This document shows positions 29,803 through 34,322 of a stretch of 34,322 nt of DNA, piece by piece. The DNA comes from an uncultured Thermoplasmata archaeon. GTDB lineage: Archaea; Thermoplasmatota; Thermoplasmata; Thermoplasmatales; Aciduliprofundaceae. Within the stretch, counting starts at the first letter, position 1; the number at the start of each line of letters is the position of its first letter. The notes under the pieces are model-generated. The model saw only the letters and a list, made by a program, of their open reading frames with translations. It was not told the DNA's origin and searched no databases. Made by a program: the position numbers and the translations under genes. Location of the stretch: the NCBI GenBank assembly GCA_964465785.1, contig CAYXLB010000001.1:1-34322 (forward strand), written 5' to 3'.

Positions 29803-30302
29803 TCCACCACCACCTTCACGGCACGAACTTCCCAGGCAAGCTCCCTGGGCATCTCCACAGTTATAACGGGTGTATCTCCCACACTCCTCTCGCGGGGTAT
29901 TACAAGAACAACCTTACCCTTTCCAACCTCTTCACCAACACGATTCAGGAGGATAACCTCATCACCCCTCTTTGGCACAGGAAGGAGTTCGTGGGGCATG
30001 GTAACCCTTGCCTTATCACCCCTGTAATGGATCATAAAGAACGCCAAACCGGGACATATCTGCACGCATAGGGTGCATCCAATGCATTTATCATAGTTTA
30101 CTATTGGGATATCATTAGGATTGTCCATCTTTATGGCATTTACTGGACATATTTCCTTGCATGGGGTGCATGGTATCCTCTGGGGGCATTCGGGCACAGC
30201 AACCGGGTGCTTTCCCTCAAGCCTTTCCTCAGTGGGCAGCTCTATTTTCTCCTTCAATTCCTCCAGGGTTAAGTATCCCCTCTCCAGGTACTTCTCACTC
30301 AT
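29799..30302 (-). CDS. pdhF: Proline dehydrogenase ferredoxin subunit
   Basis: ECPQRIPCTPCKEICP, CIGCTLCVQICPGLA. Confidence 0.8.
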   Translation of the reverse strand: MSEKYLERGYLTLEELKEKIELPTEERLEGKHPVAVPECPQRIPCTPCKEICPVNAIKMDNPNDIPIVNYDKCIGCTLCVQICPGLAFFMIHYRGDKARVTMPHELLPVPKRGDEVILLNRVGEEVGKGKVVLVIPRERSVGDTPVITVEMPRELAWEVRAVKVVVE

Positions 30303-31731
30303 TTATCATCACCTTCTTCAATCCTTCAATTATATGCTTTCCAAATGGCCCGCTCCTGAACTCATCAAGATCCCGCTGAGCCTTCTTTATCTCCTCATAA
30401 ACATCAGGCTTGGCCTTACCCACAAGTAATGCGGCTGATAAACCGGCAATTTTTCCCTCCAGCATTGCAGTGGTGGCCTCCTCTATACCGGAGGAATCTC
30501 CAGCGACGAATAAGCCACGAACCGTTGTTTCCATTCTCTCATCATGGCGGACAACATAACCACCAAGCTCTCTTGCATATGTTATCTGGGCCCCAGCCTG
30601 ATGCAAAAGCTCTATGCTGGGCCTCAATCCAACGGATAGGGCTATAACATCAACATCCAAGGTTCTCTCCGTGCCAGGTATGGGCTGCCAGTTCTCATCA
30701 ATTTGGGCAATAACTGCACGTTCAACCTTTTCATTTCCTTCGGCACGGAGAATTGTATGTCTGGTGTAAATAGGTATGCCCAATCTCCTTACCTTTGCAG
30801 CATGAACAAAATATGCCCCTATTCTGGGCAGGGCCTCAACTATGGCAACAACATCCACGCCTGCCTGCTTGAGCTGATAAGCAAGGATTACACCTACGTT
30901 CCCGGCACCTACAATTAGAACCCGTTTACCGGGCTCTATGCCATAGGTATTCATAAGGGTTTGAATGGCTCCAGCCCCATAGATTCCCGGGAGATCATTA
31001 TTCTCAAAGGGTATCATCTTCTCCATGGCTCCCGTTGCAACTATAATCGCCTTACCATGGAACTCCACCAGTTTCTTATTCTTTCTGATGGCCACAACTA
31101 ACTTTTCATCCTTATTATGGAATATTCCTACCGCCGATGTTTCAAGATGGATCTCAACTCCCTTGCTCTTCGCCTCTTCCTCCAGAATCTCGGCAATCTT
31201 TATACCTCTCACTCCAGCGAATTGTTCTCTCTTTCCAAAGAATTTGTGGGTCTGCTTAACGAGCTGCCCCCCAAGAATTGGGTTTTCATCCATGAGCAGG
31301 ACCTTGGCCCCCTTCTCGGCAGCCTTTATTGCAGCCATCAGTCCTGCAGGACCCCCACCTATTATGATTACATCCCCATAATGCTTCTCAGCCTCCTTCC
31401 ATTCAGGTGGTTTATAATCCCTAGGAAGTGGCTGGGCCCCACGCTGTCTCTCAACCTTCATACCATCCTCCACAAGGGTTATGCAAGTGCGCGTGTTTGG
31501 TATGCCATTCACCACCATCAAGCAGGAGGAGCATTTGCCTATGGCACAGAAGAGACCGCGGGGTCTCTGGGTTTCGTTGCTGTAATTTAGAACCCTTATA
31601 CCTGCAGCATGGAGCGCCTCTGCAATTGGCTCGCCCTCGTAGGCTTCAATGGGTTTCCCTTCAAAATAAATTGTAACTCTCTTGCCTCTTCTCTTGCTAA
31701 AATCTATTACAGGATGCTCTTCGAGCCTCAT
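30295..31731 (-). CDS. pdhA: Proline dehydrogenase alpha subunit (2Fe-2S + FAD/NAD domains)
   Basis: RGLFCAIGKCSSC...C, GGGPAG, ATGAME, GAGNVG. The A-F-X-B gene order matches the Thermococcales four-subunit enzyme. Confidence 0.82.
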   Translation of the reverse strand: MRLEEHPVIDFSKRRGKRVTIYFEGKPIEAYEGEPIAEALHAAGIRVLNYSNETQRPRGLFCAIGKCSSCLMVVNGIPNTRTCITLVEDGMKVERQRGAQPLPRDYKPPEWKEAEKHYGDVIIIGGGPAGLMAAIKAAEKGAKVLLMDENPILGGQLVKQTHKFFGKREQFAGVRGIKIAEILEEEAKSKGVEIHLETSAVGIFHNKDEKLVVAIRKNKKLVEFHGKAIIVATGAMEKMIPFENNDLPGIYGAGAIQTLMNTYGIEPGKRVLIVGAGNVGVILAYQLKQAGVDVVAIVEALPRIGAYFVHAAKVRRLGIPIYTRHTILRAEGNEKVERAVIAQIDENWQPIPGTERTLDVDVIALSVGLRPSIELLHQAGAQITYARELGGYVVRHDERMETTVRGLFVAGDSSGIEEATTAMLEGKIAGLSAALLVGKAKPDVYEEIKKAQRDLDEFRSGPFGKHIIEGLKKVMINE

Positions 31732-31920
31732 TTAATCACCTATGGGAAGGGATATCACATCTCACTATTTATTTTTTTGTTTACCTGCTCATTTTTTGCC
31801 ACAATCATGAAAAATTTTACCATCCAATTCAAATGGATGAAGGAATGCGCCTCCAATTCCCCAAAGAAAACCTTAGAGAAGATTTAAATAATAGCAAGAT
31901 AATACTCCTTAGGGATTAAA

Positions 31921-32166
31921 ATGATGACGGAGACAACTGAACTTATAGGGCTTGAAATATACACGGATAAGGGTTATCTTCTTGGCACCATAAAGGATGT
32001 TCTCATCGATGTGAACGAGCAAATAATATACGGCCTGTATGTTGAGAAGACGAACCCTCTACTGGTGGAGGATGGAGTGCCTGTGGTGGTGCCATATCGC
32101 TGGGTTAAGGCAGTGGGTGATGTTATTCTCTTAAAGAAGTTCCCATCCTATGTGACCATAAGCTAA
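31921..32166 (+). CDS. PRC-barrel protein, CdpB1-like archaeal cell division protein
   Basis: LIGLEIYTDKG..LG.I.DV and VPYRWVKAVGDVILL. TATA-like TTTAAATA at 31883-31890. Confidence 0.82.
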   Translation: MMTETTELIGLEIYTDKGYLLGTIKDVLIDVNEQIIYGLYVEKTNPLLVEDGVPVVVPYRWVKAVGDVILLKKFPSYVTIS

Positions 32167-33843
32167 TCATCTGTGGGCGAAATAGCCTACGATCTTTCCA
32201 TTTTCTTCATATATTTTTGTAAATCCAAATCTTTCAAACTGCACTATTTCCCCTACACTATTCCTAGCGTATTTCTCAGCATAGCCCTCCCTTATTTCCC
32301 CATCTGGCATATAAACCCTGCATCCTATGGCATCGTTGGGAACCCAGTGAATGATCTTTGCCCCGGCTTTTACAATGGATAAATCGTTGCCTGCGTATTC
32401 CAAATAGGTACCCCTGCGAATCACATTGCACAGGTCCTTAAGGCGGAATATTTCCCCCTCCCCTATCTTTTCCCAATCTTCTGTGGTTATGAAAATTTTA
32501 ATCGGTTGAGTTAGGGAGTATTCTCTGAAGCCCATATCTATGTTGGGATGCAGTGGTACCCTTCCCTCCAGCTTTTCCACTCCCCTTATCTCCACCTCCT
32601 TGGGATCCCAGACGAAGAAGTACCTTTTTGCTATTGAATCCACAATTTCCCTATTGTACGCGTATAGCGTGTCCCAAGAAAACTCTATATCAACTTCCTT
32701 CAAGCCCACCTGAATCCAGTACTTGCGAATTGCCTCTGGCCTTATTCCCCTCTTTGCCAAAGCCCGCAGAGTTCCGAGGCGAGGATCATCCCAGCCAATA
32801 TACTCTCCCTTCCTTATTCCTTCTTTTATTATGGATGTCTTCAGCACAGTATTTCGCATGGTTACCCATCCATAATGGATATAAACAGGCTTCTTCCATC
32901 CAAAATAATCGTAGAGGTACATCTGCCTGTAGGTGTTGTTAAGATGGTCTTTTCCACGTAGCACATGCGTCAATTTCAATTCGTGATCATCCACGGCCAC
33001 AGAGAAATTCATCAGGGGATAAACAATATACCTATCCCCTATGCGGGGATGCTCCACATCCTTTATTATCCTGAATGCTGCCCAGTCGCGGATTGCAGGA
33101 TTCGGATGCTGCAAATCAGTTTTTACGACATAAACAGCCTCACCTTCATCATAATAGCCCGATAGCATCTTCTCCCATCTTTCAAGCTGCTCCTCCGGAG
33201 GTAATTCGCGATCCTTCGTCGCTTTCCCCTCTGCCTTTAATTTTCTCCATTCCTCCGCTGGCACCGTGGTTATGTAAGCTTTTCCCATCTCCAGAAGCTT
33301 GCGAGCGTAATCATAGTAAATTTCGAATCTATCGCTCTGAATCACAATCTCATGAATCTTCACGCCTAACCATTCCAAGTCCTCGGGAATCATATCATAG
33401 GCCTCGGGAAGAATGTTGTGGGGATTTGTATCCTCTATCCTTAGAAATAGCTTGCCACCGTATCTCTTCACATACTCATCATTCAAAATTGCCATTCTCG
33501 ATTGGCCAAGATGCATTGGGCCCGACGGACTGGGGGCGAGGCGCATTCTTACCTCGCCATGCACCTCTGGCAAATCTTCCAGTTCCTTTTTCTCCTCCCG
33601 TTTCTTTCTCTCTAAGAGCTCGGGTGCAATCTCCTCAAGCATCCTGCGCTGCTCTTCCACCCTGAGAGAATTGACCTCCTCAACGATTTTCTTTACCTCA
33701 TCAATCAACTCCTTGGCTTTGCTCCTTAAATTTGGATTCTCAGCCATGATTTTCCCCATCACAGCTTTATAATTTGCCTTACCATCGTGCAGAATCGCAT
33801 TCTGGAGCGCGTACTTGAGTATGATGCCTCGCAGCTCTTCCAT
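32167..33843 (-). CDS. gltX: Glutamate--tRNA ligase (archaeal type)
   Basis: RLAPSPSGPMHLG, LRIEDTNP, THVLRGKDH, GWDDPRLGT, QFERFGF. Confidence 0.96.
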   Translation of the reverse strand: MEELRGIILKYALQNAILHDGKANYKAVMGKIMAENPNLRSKAKELIDEVKKIVEEVNSLRVEEQRRMLEEIAPELLERKKREEKKELEDLPEVHGEVRMRLAPSPSGPMHLGQSRMAILNDEYVKRYGGKLFLRIEDTNPHNILPEAYDMIPEDLEWLGVKIHEIVIQSDRFEIYYDYARKLLEMGKAYITTVPAEEWRKLKAEGKATKDRELPPEEQLERWEKMLSGYYDEGEAVYVVKTDLQHPNPAIRDWAAFRIIKDVEHPRIGDRYIVYPLMNFSVAVDDHELKLTHVLRGKDHLNNTYRQMYLYDYFGWKKPVYIHYGWVTMRNTVLKTSIIKEGIRKGEYIGWDDPRLGTLRALAKRGIRPEAIRKYWIQVGLKEVDIEFSWDTLYAYNREIVDSIAKRYFFVWDPKEVEIRGVEKLEGRVPLHPNIDMGFREYSLTQPIKIFITTEDWEKIGEGEIFRLKDLCNVIRRGTYLEYAGNDLSIVKAGAKIIHWVPNDAIGCRVYMPDGEIREGYAEKYARNSVGEIVQFERFGFTKIYEENGKIVGYFAHR

Positions 33844-33941
33844 AACCGGGGATATGGCGGGCAGTTGATAAAGTTTTTTGGCGTGTTTAGTCAGTTATTT
33901 GAAACAAAACATTCATTAATCATAATATTTAATGGGAGGAT

Positions 33942-34250
33942 ATGGGCATTATCAAAAGCTTCTTTGGTCCCACATGGGAAGGTGCAATTATCAAGGTGGG
34001 ATTTGGTATTATTCTTTTTATTATTGCAACCTATATTAACGATATTACCTGGACCGTAGCAGATTATTGGGCACACGGTTGGCCCTTAGCTTTTTATGAA
34101 ACATGGGGACCGTGTATTCACAGTGGAGCTTGTCAGAGTACCAATATATTTGCATTGATATTGGATATCTTCTTCTGGTATTTGATAGCATGTATTATTG
34201 CTTTGCCATTTACCACAATAATAGGGAAATCAATTAAGAGTTCAAAATAG
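33942..34250 (+). CDS. Small hypothetical membrane protein (2 TM)
   Basis: GGAGG RBS. Two hydrophobic segments flank a loop containing GWPLAFY and a Cys pair. Confidence 0.7.
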   Translation: MGIIKSFFGPTWEGAIIKVGFGIILFIIATYINDITWTVADYWAHGWPLAFYETWGPCIHSGACQSTNIFALILDIFFWYLIACIIALPFTTIIGKSIKSSK

Positions 34251-34322
34251 AAAGCACCTTCTCCACCAGCTCCTCCACGCCCTCACCAGTCTTCGCCGAG
34301 ATCTTGAGGCGGGAGGAGTCGG
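34234..34322 (-). CDS. C-terminal end of a TRAFAC GTPase (partial, not in the ORF track)
   Basis: Manual translation gives DSSRLKISAKTGEGVEELVEKVLSILNS*, containing the G5 motif SAKTGEG. TAA at 34234-34236. Confidence 0.75.
   Translation of the reverse strand, partial: DSSRLKISAKTGEGVEELVEKVLSILNS

Noticed and set aside
31821-31839. CATCCA-N7-TGGATG inverted repeat in the pdhA/PRC intergenic region
   Set aside because: Only 6-bp arms, plausible by chance.

Overview
Gene-dense archaeal chromosomal window. The content and style suggest an anaerobic thermophilic Thermoplasmatota member such as Aciduliprofundum/DHVE2, which is an inference and not a lookup. In order, it holds the 3' end of a tRNA (probably Ala), a structured spacer, a four-subunit 2-oxoacid:ferredoxin oxidoreductase operon (korDABC-like), glyA, a PfpI protein and an orphan molybdopterin oxidoreductase. 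Next come an HTH regulator plus a Grs-like (GDGT lipid-modifying) radical SAM gene, rpl10e, a DUF835 protein, an RsmB/NOP methyltransferase, an unusual TM-wHTH-HEPN protein and the rps12-rps7-EF2-EF1A-rps10 operon. A long minus-strand run follows (group 3b hydrogenase, IMPase/NADP phosphatase, NAD kinase, JAMM protease, translin/Trax, diadenylate cyclase). The window ends with mobA-TauE, SudAB/Nfn, proline dehydrogenase pdhAFXB, a CdpB-like PRC-barrel protein, gltX, an AT-rich membrane-protein gene and the 3' end of a GTPase. No CRISPR array, rRNA or transposase was seen. The best novelty candidates are (1) a membrane-anchored wHTH-HEPN protein with an intact RxxxxH RNase motif and no antitoxin partner, and (2) an apparently autoregulated regulator/tetraether-lipid radical SAM operon with a visible palindromic operator. 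All family calls come from motif recognition, not database searches.
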